Positions 38,735-52,421 of a DNA stretch of 64,000 nucleotides are shown here, piece by piece; the stretch's first letter is position 1, and each line of letters begins with the position of its first letter. The translations under genes were made by a program, and so were the position numbers. The DNA is from Eledone cirrhosa (taxonomy: Eukaryota): the NCBI GenBank assembly GCA_964016885.1, contig OZ024743.1:331266001-331330000 (forward strand). Direction: 5' to 3'. The notes under the pieces are model-generated. The model was given only the letters and a program-made list of their open reading frames with translations, did not search any database and was not told the origin of the DNA.

Positions 38735-41700
38735 GTGGTCTAACGTGGGTGAGTGGGTAACACATATCCAGTGTTGGGTATGATCTAAAGTGGGTGAGTG
38801 GGTAACACATATCCAGTGTTGGGTATGGTCTAAAGTGGGTGAGTGGGTAACACATATCCAGTGTTGGGTATGGTCTATAGTGGGTGTGTGGGTAACATAT
38901 CCAGTGTTGGGTATGGTCTAAGGTGGGTTAGTGGGTAACACATATCCAGTGTTGGGTATGGTCTATAGTGGGTGTGTGGGTAACATATATCCATTGTTGG
39001 GTATGGTCTAAGGTGGGTTACTGGGTAACACATATCCAGTGTTGGGTATGGTCTAAGGTGGGTTACTGGGTAACACATATCCAGTGTTGGGTATGGTCTA
39101 AAGTGGGTGAGTGGGTAACACATATCCAGTGTTGGGTATGGTCTAACGTGGGTGAGTGGGTAACATATCCAGTGTTGGGTATGGTCTAAAGTGGGTGAGT
39201 GGGTAACACATATCCGGTGTTGGGTATGGTCTATAGTGGGTGTGTGGGTAACACATATCCAGTGTTGGGTATGGTCTAAGGTGGGTTCCTGGGTAACACA
39301 TATCCAGTGTTGGGTATGGTCTAAGGTGGGTTACTGGGTAACACATATCCAGTGTTGGGTATGGTCTAAAGTGGGTGAGTGGGTAACACATATCCAGTGT
39401 TGGGTATGGTCTAACGTGGGTGAGTGGGTAACATATCCAGTGTTGGGTATGGTCTAAAGTGGGTGAGTGGGTAACACATATCCGGTGTTGGGTATGGTCT
39501 ATAGTGGGTGTGTGGGTAACACATATCCAGTGTTGGGTATGGTCTAAGGTGGGTTACTGGGTAACACATATCCAGTGTTGGGTATGGTCTAAAGTGGGTG
39601 AGTGGGTAACACATATCCAGTGTTGGGTATGGTCTAAAGTGGGTGAGTGGGTAACACATATCCAGTGTTGGGTATGGTCTAAAGTGGGTGAGTGGGTAAC
39701 ACATATCCAGTGTCGGGTATAGTCTAAGTGGGTGAGTGGGTAACATATCCATTGTTGGGTATGGTCTAAGGTGGGTTACTGGGTAACACATATCCAGTGT
39801 TGGGTATGGTCTAAAGTGGGTGAGTGGGTAACACATATCCAGTGTTGGGTATGGTCTAACGTGGGTGAGTGGGTAACATATCCAGTGTTGGGTATGGTCT
39901 AAAGTGGGTGAGTGGGTAACACATATCCAGTGTTGGGTATGGTCTAACGTGGGTGAGTGGGTAACATATCCAGTGTTGGGTATGGTCTAAAGTGGGTGAG
40001 TGGGTAACACATATCCGGTGTTGGGTATGGTCTATAGTGGGTGTGTGGGTAACACATATCCAGTGTTGGGTATGGTCTAAGGTGGGTTCCTGGGTAACAC
40101 ATATCCAGTGTTGGGTATGGTCTAAGGTGGGTTACTGGGTAACACATATCCAGTGTTGGGTATGGTCTAAAGTGGGTGAGTGGGTAACACATATCCAGTG
40201 TTGGGTATGGTCTAACGTGGGTGAGTGGGTAACATATCCAGTGTTGGGTATGGTCTAAAGTGGGTGAGTGGGTAACACATATCCAGTGTTGGGTATGGTC
40301 TAACGTGGGTGAGTGGGTAACATATCCAGTGTTGGGTATGGTCTAAAGTGGGTGAGTGGGTAACACATATCCGGTGTTGGGTATGGTCTATAGTGGGTGT
40401 GTGGGTAACACATATCCAGTGTTGGGTATGGTCTAAGGTGGGTTCCTGGGTAACACATATCCAGTGTTGGGTATGGTCTAAGGTGGGTTACTGGGTAACA
40501 CATATCCAGTGTTGGGTATGGTCTAAAGTGGGTGAGTGGGTAACACATATCCAGTGTTGGGTATGGTCTAACGTGGGTGAGTGGGTAACATATCCAGTGT
40601 TGGGTATGGTCTAAAGTGGGTGAGTGGGTAACACATATCCGGTGTTGGGTATGGTCTATAGTGGGTGTGTGGGTAACACATATCCAGTGTTGGGTATGGT
40701 CTAAGGTGGGTTACTGGGTAACACATATCCAGTGTTGGGTATGGTCTAAAGTGGGTGAGTGGGTAACACATATCCAGTGTTGGGTATGGTCTAAAGTGGG
40801 TGAGTGGGTAACACATATCCAGTGTTGGGTATGGTCTAAAGTGGGTGAGTGGGTAACACATATCCAGTGTCGGGTATAGTCTAAGTGGGTGAGTGGGTAA
40901 CATATCCATTGTTGGGTATGGTCTAAGGTGGGTTACTGGGTAACACATATCCAGTGTTGGGTATGGTCTAAAGTGGGTGAGTGGGTAACACATATCCAGT
41001 GTTGGGTATGGTCTAACGTGGGTGAGTGGGTAACATATCCAGTGTTGGGTATGGTCTAAAGTGGGTGAGTGGGTAACACATATCCAGTGTTGGGTATGGT
41101 CTATAGTGGGTGAGTGGGTAACACATATCCGGTGTTGGGTATGGTCTAAGTGGGTGAGTGGGTAACACATATCCAGTGTCGGGTATAGTCTAAGTGGGTG
41201 AGTGGGTAACACATATCCAGTGTCGGGTATAGTCTAAGTGGGTGAGTGGGTAACATATCCAGTGTTGGGTATGGTCTATAGTGGGTGTGTGGGTAACACA
41301 TATCCAGTGTTGGGTATGGTCTATAGTGGGTGTGTGGGTAACACATATCCAGTGTTGGGTATGGTCTATAGTGGGTGAGTGGGTAACACATATCCGGTGT
41401 TGGGTATGGTCTAAGTGGGTGAGTGGGTAACACATATCCAGTGTTGGGTATGGTCTATAGTGGGTGAGTGGGTAACATATCCAGTGTTGGGTATGGTCTA
41501 AGGTGGGTTAGTGGGTAACACATATCCAGTGTTGGGTATGGTCTATAGTGGGTGAGTGGGTAACACATATCCAGTGTTGGGTATGGTCTATAGTGGGTGA
41601 GTGGGTAACATATATCCAGTGTTGGGTATGGTCTAAGTGGGTGAGTGGGTAACACATATCCAGTGTTGGGTATGGTCTATAGTGGGTGAGTGGGTAACAT

Positions 41701-42005
41701 ATATCCAGTGTTGGGTATGGTCTATAGTGGGTGGGTGGGTAACACATATCCAGTGTTGGGTATGGTCTATAGTGGGTGAGTGGGTAACACATATCCAGTG
41801 TTGGGTATGGTCTAAGTGGGTAAGTGGGTAACACATATCCAGTGTTGGGTATGGTCTAAGTGGGTAAGTGGGTAACACATATCCAGAGTTAGGTATGGTC
41901 TATAGTGGATGAGTGGGTAACACATATCCAGTGTTGGGTATGGTCTAAAGTGGGTTAGTGGGTAACACATATCCAGGGTTAGGTATTGTTTAAAGTGGTT
42001 GGGTA
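38735..42005. repeat. G-rich 43-45-bp minisatellite, about 73 units (gtgggtgagtgggtaacacatatccagtgttgggtatggtctaaa)
   Basis: Direct inspection. 1-2 nt indels break all reading frames. Confidence 0.97.
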
Positions 42006-42769
42006 ACAAATAACTACGGGTAGTGGTGGACATCTAAGGCAAATTCATAGAAGCAGTGGCGATCTAAAGGAGGTGGGCATCATAGAACGAGAGGTGATGG
42101 CTTAGTGTAGGGTTGGTGGTTGTTTATCATAGGAACAGGTGTGATAGTCTAAGTGACGTAGGTCTCATTGAGGGGGTTACTCTTAGGTCCTAAATAATGG
42201 GGGAGTGGGAAATAAGTGAGGGGGTGGAATAAGCAGGGGTGTTAGAAAATTGGCAATTTTTCTAGGTTGCCTCCATTAAGTTTTTTTAAAAACCAGAATC
42301 AAGCTAAATATAAGGAAGAAGAGGCTAATTTGACCTGTCCAGCCTAAAACTGTGACAACCTGCCCAACTCTGTAAAGTGGTTGGTTGTAGGAACAGCATC
42401 CAGTCATAGAAAAACTTACGAAACAACCAGACAAAAGCAATATCTCTGATGAAGTATTGACTTGGTCTGTGATGATCTGTCCAACCCATGCTAGCACGGA
42501 AAAGTGGATGTTAAACAATGACGATGATAACGATGATAATAAAAAAACTGATTGCTAAAAAACAATAATAACAATTGTCATTGAACATATGTGTCCAATG
42601 ATGGATCAATAACGATCCCAAAGTTGCGATATAATCCCATAAATATTGAACATTTAAATAAATGTTTGTGGCAATCTCCATCACTGTACATGTCACTGCA
42701 AGACTGGTGATAATCTGGAATAGTTTCTCATAGGGATTATCAAATATTCTGAGATGATAGCAGTTGGGA

Positions 42770-43160
42770 TAATGGTGGTGGTGGTAGTGGTTGATGGTGG
42801 TGGTTAGTATTGTTGTGGTGGTGGTGGTTGTGGTTGATGTTGTTGTGGTGGTGGTGGTGGTTGATGTTGTTGTGGTGGTGGTGGTGGTTGATGGTGTAGT
42901 TGGTGGTGGTTAGTATTGTTGTGGTGTTGGTGGTGGTTGATGTTGTTGTGGTGGTGGTGGTGGTTGATGGTGTAGTTGGTGGTGGTTAGTATTGTTTTGG
43001 TGTTGGTGGTGGTTGCTGGTGTTGTTGTGGTGGTGGTGGTTGTGGTTGATGGTGTTGTTGGTGGTGGTTAGTATTGTTGTTGTGTTGGTGGTGGTTGATG
43101 TTGTTGTGGTGGTGGTGGTGGTTGATGGTGTAGTTGGTGGTGATGGTGGTGTTGGGGAAG
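42770..43160. repeat. (GGT/GTT)n compound repeat
   Basis: Direct inspection. Confidence 0.9.
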
Positions 43161-43385
43161 ATGTCAAGTAAATAGATAAAAACTGATATTAAGTTTGGAT
43201 AATAAAGCAGTGTAGTGTGATTTAGTCAGGAAGAATTTCCATAGTCATACATACACACATAATATATATATATATATACACACACACGTATATTTATATA
43301 TATACACACACACATACACACACGTATATTTATATATATACACACATATATATATACACACACACATACATATATTTATATATAT

Positions 43386-43436
<51 letters not shown>

Positions 43437-43483
43437 TACATATCTACTTCTATATGTATATATATATATATACAAACATATAA

Positions 43484-43541
<58 letters not shown>

Positions 43542-43558
43542 GCATACATATCTACTTC

Positions 43559-43606
<48 letters not shown>

Positions 43607-43664
43607 CATGCACATAAATACACTCACATGTATATATTTATACAAACATATAAACACACATATA

Positions 43665-43736
<72 letters not shown>

Positions 43737-44099
43737 TAAACAGACCCCCCCCCCTATACACATATATACATACATCAGATACATCCATATATTATACACA
43801 CTAATACATGGCACACTACATACAAACATACAGATGTAGATATACACAAGACATAGAGAACATTATAGCAATCCATAAACACATGTAGATATTGTATTCC
43901 AGTGAATTTATTGGCAGGAGGAGGAGGGGGGAGATAGGGGGAGTTAAGGAATATAAGATGAGATAAGAAAGGAACTTTCTCCAGTATCACAATGATTTTT
44001 CAGTTTTACCCCAAGATGTTTGTATCCTTTGCCAATAATTACCAGCAAAATATACCCAAACTCCCGCACATAAATTTCTCTTTCTCTTTCTCAATATAA

Positions 44100-44130
<31 letters not shown>

Positions 44131-44326
44131 AATATAAATAAACATTATGTATATCTAGCCGATCTCTCAGACTTTTACGAAGCACTTAGGGGATAAACAT
44201 AACATAAAGAGTGGTGTGCTCATGTGTGGAGATGATATAAAATATCTTATAAGATAGAGTAAAGGCTCTGAAAGACGAAAAAGGAAGTCTCCATATACAT
44301 ACACACACATATATACATATACATAC

Positions 44327-46030
44327 ATCATCATCATCATCGTTTAACGTCCATATTCCACGCTTGCATGGGTTTGGACGGGAGTTTTCCCACTTGAGGC
44401 AAGAGTGGTTGTCTTGCTCGCATAGGACTGTCTGGCAGGTTTTCTACAGCTGGATGCCCTTCCTAACACCAACCACATTTACAGTGTGGAACTGGGAGGT
44501 TTTTACCGTATTACCTACACGGCCACATTACAGCGTGGACTGTGTGTTTTTTTGTCGTGACACCTACATGACCTCATTTGTTTCGGGCTGGATGTTGCGG
44601 TACCAACATAACTTTACATTGAAAGGAGTGGTGTGGATGGGGTGGGGGTAGTGGGATGGGGGAGTATTTTGTTAGAGGTGCCTACTGACTGTAGGTTTCA
44701 CTTTGTACTTAGGTAAGGCGGGTCTTCTCTATTACTGTGAAGTGCCAAAGATCTCGGTCCAGTGACATTGTCTTGGAGAGGTGTAAGTGTGTGAGGTTGG
44801 AATTTATCAAGTCGTCCCAGGTTTTTCTGAGTCTGCCTACTACGTGGCTACCGTCTATTTTTATTGCCCTGCACTTTTTTATACAGCTGTCGTCTTTCAA
44901 GCGCATCACGTGACCATACCAACGTAGTATTCTCTCGAGTAAACAACATCTGATCCCTCTTATTTCTAATTTTTCCCTTAGTTCATTTATGCTTTGCCAT
45001 TCACGTATATTACTATTACACATCCAGCGGAGCATGCAAGCTTCGTTCCTCTCCAGTTTGCATATATCCTCTGCACACAATACCCAGGTCTCACTGCCAT
45101 GCAACATTGCTGTTCGTATGCAGGCATCATACAACCTGCCTTTCATTTTTAGGGAGAACCCTTTAGCGGCTAATAGTGGTATAAGCTCTCTGAACTTTTT
45201 CCATCCTGTTCTGACTCTAGCTACTGTATTTTCAGAGCACCCTCCCCCACTGCTGATTTTGTCACCCAGGTAACGGAAGCTGTCCACTATTTCTATAGAA
45301 CCCTCTGCGCAATTGAAAGAGCTAGTATTCTGTGGGCACTTGCTGCTACTTATTGTACCAGAGCACTGGCCACATATAAAATCTATGTTCTTAGTTAGCT
45401 TACCTGTGATCCCACTACATCTTTTATGCACCCATACTTTGCATTTGGAACATAAAATGGAGCTTTTACCTACTCCTTTCCTACACACTGAGCATGGCCA
45501 TTTCCCGGATGGGACCGGCGCCCTATTTTCCTTCCTATAAACCATATACACATGGTCCTAGAGACCATGTGTATATGTGAGAGACCATTTTTCTGCTAAC
45601 ATGATTCCTACTCCACTCAGCCCATTGTCATTTCCCACCCAGAAAAGCTTATAGCATCGTTTATTTACCCACAATGAATCTAGCAGACCCGCCCCTCCAC
45701 CTGGTCTCTTGGATACAGCAAACATCAACCTCTTTACGTTCAAGCATTTCTACAACCTCGTTAGAGCGGCCTTTTAAGGTGCCTACATTCATGGTACCAA
45801 CTCTGAAGTTTTGGATTGCGTTTGGTGGGTGGGACGCAGGGAGGGGTGAGGGGGATGGGGATGGGTTGGCGTTATGTTGGCCATCCATGGGGTAGTTAGC
45901 GAGGAGAAGATTATTTAGAACAGTCAGACAGAATTATAGAATAGCAATTAAGAAGTAGGATTTGGATTCTGGGCCTCAGATATATGGATGAATGAACCGA
46001 AGGGTGGGGGGACAAGAAGAAAATATTATT
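44327..46030 (-). mobile_element. Internally deleted RTE LINE: putative 5' UTR and APE endonuclease N-terminus (45580-45888) fused to the PHD/thumb 3' part (44327-45541)
   Basis: RVGTMNVGTLKGRS..VDVCCIQETRWRG..YKLFW..GVGIML (APE) joined to GKWPCSVC...RWYGHV. The YADD core is missing. The 5' limit is approximate. Confidence 0.9.
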
Positions 46031-46265
46031 TATACATTACATTTCGTAGAAGTGGACTGACCATTAATAAGAGTTGATAAATTCTGAGTTTTGTCCCTCG
46101 TAACAGGTTTATTTATGTTTGGTGCGAGTAGGGAGTGAGAGAGAGAGAGAGAGAGAGAGGGACGTATATGATAGAGAGAGTGGGGGTGATAGCGATTTAG
46201 CATATATATATACATACACCTGGGGTCCTGAACCTTTCCCTATATATACATATATATATATACAC

Positions 46266-46347
<82 letters not shown>

Positions 46348-47477
46348 AAGCTTCAGTTTAACCTATTTTATTTGTAATCACACCTAACGTGTTCGCAAAT
46401 GATCACCTTGGAGCTTTAATTGAAATATGCGTTACATATGATTGTGAACAAAAGTTGTTAATCTGAAACTTTCTTTCTCATAATAGAAACAGTCTGCACA
46501 TTATGCCAATACTAAAACAATGTCAACGTTAACAAAGACTTTTAATACTGAATATCCAATTCATGTAAAAGCATAGAATGCTCAAACAGGTGCCACCTAT
46601 AGTAATATATCATTACCAAATATCTCTCTCTATATATATATGCAAAAAGTAAGTGAAAACAATAAAGTAAACAACACAGTACAATGGAGAAATATATTAG
46701 CTTAATGCTTGATATAATAGGAAAAGAGTATTTAGGCTTCAGACACTAGTCTTTCATCGGAAGATAGAATGAGAAATGGAAGATGAAATAGAAAGATAGT
46801 GTGAGTAGAGGAAGAAATGAAAAATTGAGAAAAAGCACCTGTGTGTTCAACCAGCCATTTTGGAGAAAAATAAACACACACACACACACGCAGTCGATTT
46901 GGTGGAGTTGCTAGAGTATTGGATATTCTAAGTTCAAATCAAGAGGCCTGAGAGTACATTTTTATATTTCAAACACACACAAACAACACACACCAATACA
47001 CACACAACATACATCAACACACCCACCAACACATACATCAACACACACACCCACAACATACATACATCAACACAGATATCAATATACATACATCAACACA
47101 CACCCAACACAAATCAAAACACACACAACACAGATATCAACACACACACCACACAGACTCTCCCCCTCTACACACACTCTACCCAAACTCCTGCCAACCC
47201 ACACATACATGCTCCCCATTACAACCAGTCTTTTATTCCAAACACTGTACATTACCAATTTCTACTCTGTTTTTGCAACTCCTCATGTACCCTATTCACC
47301 AAACATGTACCCTTATGTACACATGTACCCCTATAGACACATGTACCCCTATGTAAACTTGTACCCCTATGTACATGTGTACACATGTTTATAATTGTGT
47401 ATATATATGTACTCCTGTGTATCCAAGTACACCCATATATAAACACATGTATGCCTGTATATATATGTTGCCCAAGT

Positions 47478-48321
47478 GGTTCTATAGAAATAGTGGACAC
47501 CTTCCGTTACCTGGGTGACAAAATCAGCAGTGGTGGAGGGTGCTCTGAAAGTACAGTAGCCAGAGTCAGAACAGGATGGAAAAAGTTCAGAGAGCTTATA
47601 CCACTACTGGCCGCTAAAGGTTTCTCTCTAAAAATGAAAGGTAGATTGTATGATGCCTGCATACGAACATTTTATATAGCAGTGAGACATGGGCATTGTG
47701 TGCAGAGGATCTGCGCACACTGGAGAGGAACGAAGCTTGCATGCTCCGTTGGATGTGTAATAGTAATATACGCGAATGGCAAAGCATAAACAAACTAAGT
47801 GAGAAATTAGGAATAAGAGGGATCAGATGCTGTTTACTCGAGAGAAGACTACCTTGGTATGGTCACATGATGCGCATGAAAGACGACAGCTGTATAAAAA
47901 AGTGCAGGGCAATCAAAATAGACGGTAGCTACGGAGTAGGCAGACCCAGAAAAACCTGGGACGATTTGATAAATTCAGACCTTATACACACCTCTACAAG
48001 ACAATGTCACTGGACCGAGATCTTTGGCGCTACGCAGTAATACAGAAGACTCGCCTTGCCTAAGTGCAAAGCAAAACCTACAGTCAGTAGGCACCTCTTA
48101 ACCAAAATACACCCCCTCCCACTACCCCCATCGCTGTACAGTTATGTTGGTACCACAACATCCAGTCCTAAATAAATGAGGTTGTGTAGGTGTCACAACA
48201 AAAAAACACAGTCCACGCTGTAATGTGTGTATGTAGGTAACACGGTAAAAACCTTCCAGTCCACACTGTAAACGTGGTTGGTGTTAGGAAGGGCATCCAG
48301 CCATAGAAAACCTGCCAGACA
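47478..48321 (+). mobile_element. RTE subfamily A fragment, truncated at both ends
   Basis: GSIEIVDTFRYLGDKISSGGGCSES...GRPRKTWDDL. Reverse complement of most of 44430-45300. Confidence 0.9.
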
Positions 48322-48423
48322 TCCATGTGTATATATATATATATATATAAATAATATATATATATATATATGTACCCATGTATATATATGTACACCCATG
48401 TGTATATATATATATATATATAT

Positions 48424-50423
48424 AGTAAAAAATTGAACAGGAACAAAACAGAGAGGCAGTACGAACAAAGGTTTATTAGTTTCACGCTCTTGAGAGTGGG
48501 GGGGGGGCGTTTCAGGCATAAGCCTTCTTCAGGTGAAAAGTGTGTGGGAAGTGAGTTCCAAGGGTGTAAGGGGAGTGGTGGAGAGACATAGAAAAAAGGG
48601 GGTGAGAGGAAACGGTACAAATGAAATTAAATATAAAAGCATAATAAAAATACAAATAAACATGAAGTAAAACAGGTGGTGGAAGGGTGTGGGGCGTGTA
48701 GGGGTGGTGGCGGGTGGAGTGGGGAGAGGGAGGCGGGGTGTCCGGGCGGGGAGGGATGGAGGTGGTGTGTGTGTGTAGGTGTACGTGTGTGTGTGCGTGA
48801 TATGTGAAAGTAAGAGTTGGGGGAAGAATGGGATTGCATGTTCAGGAAGAGGTGTGTGCGTGGTGGGGTGTAAATCGGTGTGTGTGTGCGTGTGTGGATG
48901 GGGAGGGGTCAGAGGGGTGGGGGGAGAGGATTCCGGAGGCTGAGTGTGTACATATGTGGTGGTACGCACGTGTGTGTGTGTGGTGTTTATGCGTGTTGTG
49001 GATGTAGGTGGCGAGTGGAAAAAAAATTTTTTGAGTGTATGTCAGTGGGTGAGTCGTTAAGGTAATTCCGTAGAGGATGTGGTGGAATGCTGGGTAATAT
49101 CCTTGGGATGTGGTGGATTCTAGGGATCGATGTCCAATATGTGTAATCCGTGGTTGGGTTGGTCGGAAGAGGGGAGATGTGGGGTGCGCGCGCAATAGGA
49201 AGTGGTCAGAGGGTCAAGGCAGGAGGAGGGTTGTGTGTCTGTGTGTGCGGGGAGGTGGTCAGAGATAAGGGCATAGCAGCAGTCGGGTAGAATGGTAAGT
49301 GAAGAAAGTCGGTGTGTCAGTGTGTGCGGAGGTGCGGTGGACAGGGGAGAGGATGGGTAGGTGTGAAAGTTGGAGTGGGGAGGGGGTGTGTGTATTAGTA
49401 GAGGTGTTATTGGGATGTGTGTGTATGTGAGAAAGGGTGTGGGTGGAGCGGGGAGGGGGGCCGGTGGAGGGAGTGTAGTGTACTGGTGTGTGTGTGCGTG
49501 TTTGGATGAGTGTGTGTGTGATGAAGGGGTGTTAGTGGGTGTTAGTATACTGGTGGGGGGGAAAGGGTTGAATGTGGGTGTGAGTGGGGGTCAGTGGTGG
49601 TAGGGTGTGTAGAGTGGGTTTGTGTAAGTGGGTGTGTGTGTTCGTGCGCGTAGGGTTGGGGGTGTTAGTGATGTTAGTTGCGTGTAGAGTGGGTGGTGTA
49701 AGTGGCTGTGTGTGTTCGTGTGCGTGGGGTCGGGGGGTGTTAATGATGTTAGTTGCGGGGTGGTGGGGTGGATGTGTGGGGGATGAGGTTTAGTGGTGGT
49801 AGTAGGGTGTGTTTAGTGTGAGCGCATGTATATATGTACCGGTGGGTGTGTGCGTGTGATAAGGGGAGGGGGGAGAAGAAGGGAGGGATGTTAGTATGTT
49901 AGTTGGGGAAGGATGGTCGGGTGTGGGGTGGGCGGTGAAAAAGAGGGGTGTGTTAGTGGTGTTAGTGGGGGATATGTGTGGGGGGAGGGGGGCGGTCGAA
50001 GGCTAAAGGAATAAGGGTGGGGAGTTCAGCCGGGGGTGTGTGGGTCTGTAGGGTGAAGATGGTTCGTTGTTCGACCCTGAGGAGAATGGCGGGTGTTCCG
50101 TGGCATTGGAGTAGGCCACAGACTGTGAGGTGGTGGGCGGAATGTCCAGGGGCACCAAAGTGGCGGGCGATGGGGGAACTCCCACCAAGACGAATATCTC
50201 GGAGGTGTTCGGTAAACCGGTCCGCCAGGCGATGTCCAGTCTGTCCAACGTAGGTTGTGTTGCACTCCGTGCAGCGAAGTCCGTAGACTAAGTTGGAGGA
50301 GGTGCAGCGGAAGGCATGCCGGACAGAGAGAGAGTGGCCGTTTGGACCCTGGAAGGTGGTGGTGTTGGTGATGTGGGGAAAGGTGTTGCAACGGGGCCTG
50401 GAACAGGGAAGGGAACCAGGGAT
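48424..50423 (-). mobile_element. 5'-truncated Penelope-like element (GIY-YIG endonuclease, long CA-rich 3' region, hammerhead-like motif)
   Basis: PC..PRC...H...[36 protein letters not shown]...PIARHF...H...E...IFTLQT at 49962-50423. CTGAAGA-AGGC-TTAT-GCCT-GAAA at 48510-48532 (-). Confidence 0.85.
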
Positions 50424-50551
50424 GTACCCATGTATATATATATATATGTGTACCCATGTATATATACATATGTGTACCCATGTATATATACATGTACCCA
50501 TGTATATATATATATGTACCCATGTGTATATATATATATATATGTGTACCC

Positions 50552-50597
<46 letters not shown>

Positions 50598-50816
50598 CCA
50601 TGTGTATATATATATATATATGTATCCATGTATATATATATATATGTACCCATGTGTATATACATATATATATGTACCCATGTGTATATACATATATATA
50701 TGTACCCATGTATATATACATATATATATGTACCCATGTATATATACATATATATATGTACCCATGTATATATATATATATATACCCATGTATATATATA
50801 TATATGTGTACCCATG

Positions 50817-50880
<64 letters not shown>
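50421..50880. repeat. Compound repeat (atgtacccatg + (TA)n)
   Basis: The same motif also occurs at 48322-48422, with a related one at 47285-47460. Confidence 0.9.
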
Positions 50881-50882
<2 letters not shown>

Positions 50883-52421
50883 TGAAAGGTCTGGCTTAGA
50901 GTCAGAAACTGTGTTACAGTTCAATCAAACATTCCACATATCCCTGCCACCTCTCCAGGACCCCTTAGACCAAGGAGATCCCAGAATTATCTGTTAACTG
51001 GATTCATACTTCTTATATATATATTTCTTGACCAGGACTTCTTATCTAACTTAACAAATTCCCCCTTCATCTTCTCTTTCTTCCCCTCTTTCAAACTCCA
51101 ACCCCTCCACCTAGCTCTCTCAACCCTTCCTCATAGCTCCCTCCCCTTCTACATGTATTCCCTCCCCTTCTCTTCAATACCAACCATTTCTAAAGGAACT
51201 CTCCAACAATTTTTTTTTCCCTCTCAAAACGAAATTCCTCAGATTCCTAATTGAACACACATGCCATAACAGCCATTGCCAAATTTCTAAATTTGTTGCG
51301 TAACAATAACTGTAATAAGGAAAATAAACACTGACTTACTATATATACCCTATGGAAAAAAAATTAAACATACTATATAATAAAAAAAAAAATGTATATA
51401 TAATATATTAAATAAAAATATGCAACTCCCCCACCTACCCAATACAATACAAATACCTTCTTTGCAACTATTTTGGTCCTCAATTTCATAGAGAAATGCC
51501 AAATTTAGGCTTGCCTGCAATTCAAGGAGGTTGCCTTGATATATTTTTAAACTCCCATTTAACGTTCTCCCTATTACCCTCTTCTGAAATCTATATTTAT
51601 CTCTCCTCACCTTCCTCTTCCTTCACCTTTTCTCCTCTTACTTCTTTGAACTATATTTTTTTTTATAATCACCATCAGTGTTAACAACCTTCAACATCAT
51701 TATGATGGAACCTCTATGTGGTTGCTTCTCATGCTAGAAACAGAAGCCAAATCATTGGCCTCAAATCACACCTTGCTGTTTTAGAAAAGAAGGATACATT
51801 GAACAATATTATCTTGGTTTTGTTGCATCTTTGGGAGGGGGGGAGGGATAAACTGAATGGTCATGGTTGGATCAGTTTTGACCACTTGTCTGCTCACACA
51901 GGGCTAAACAACACCATTATTATCAGGGGTAACATAATCAGCTCTTTTCTTTATATCTGTTTTTTTTGGGGGGGGGGGGGGGGGGCATGTGTTGTATGAT
52001 GACATTTGCATTCTTGGATGAATAAAATGTGGGAGTTTGGGGTTAGTCTGTTTGCTAAGATAAGACAATTCAAATGCAGAATATTTCAATTGTTTTCTCT
52101 AAAGAGAAAGCATTGCTGTCACTTCTAACCTCCTCATATGAATGTGGTTGGTGTGTTATCCCATGGTGAGACAAGTTAGATCAGGTGACAATGTCTTGCT
52201 CACACAGAACTGTTTCTGGCTTGGTCCCCTTCAGAATGCCAACCATATTCATAAGATATGGGAAGGTTAGAAGTGACAGCAAATAATTCAAATAAGAAAT
52301 AAGTTTGTTTATTTTGAAGCCTGACAATGCATGTTTGGTGAAAATAGCAAGGTAATAAGAAAGTAAAAGAAAAAAGAACAAAGTGAAGTAAAGTAAAAGA
52401 GTGAGGACGATAGGAAGTTAC

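Noticed and set aside
38735-42005. CRISPR-like array (regular repeat with internal hairpin)
   Set aside because: No unique spacers, no cas genes, eukaryotic context. It is a plain minisatellite.
50424-50924. N-terminal extension of the 320-aa GIY-YIG ORF
   Set aside because: Read-through of flanking TA-rich repeat. The element is 5'-truncated at about 50423.
51455-51585. Open stretch with AG/GT on the minus strand (KRVIGRTLNG...)
   Set aside because: Poor polypyrimidine tract, ends in phase 1, and no homology recognised.
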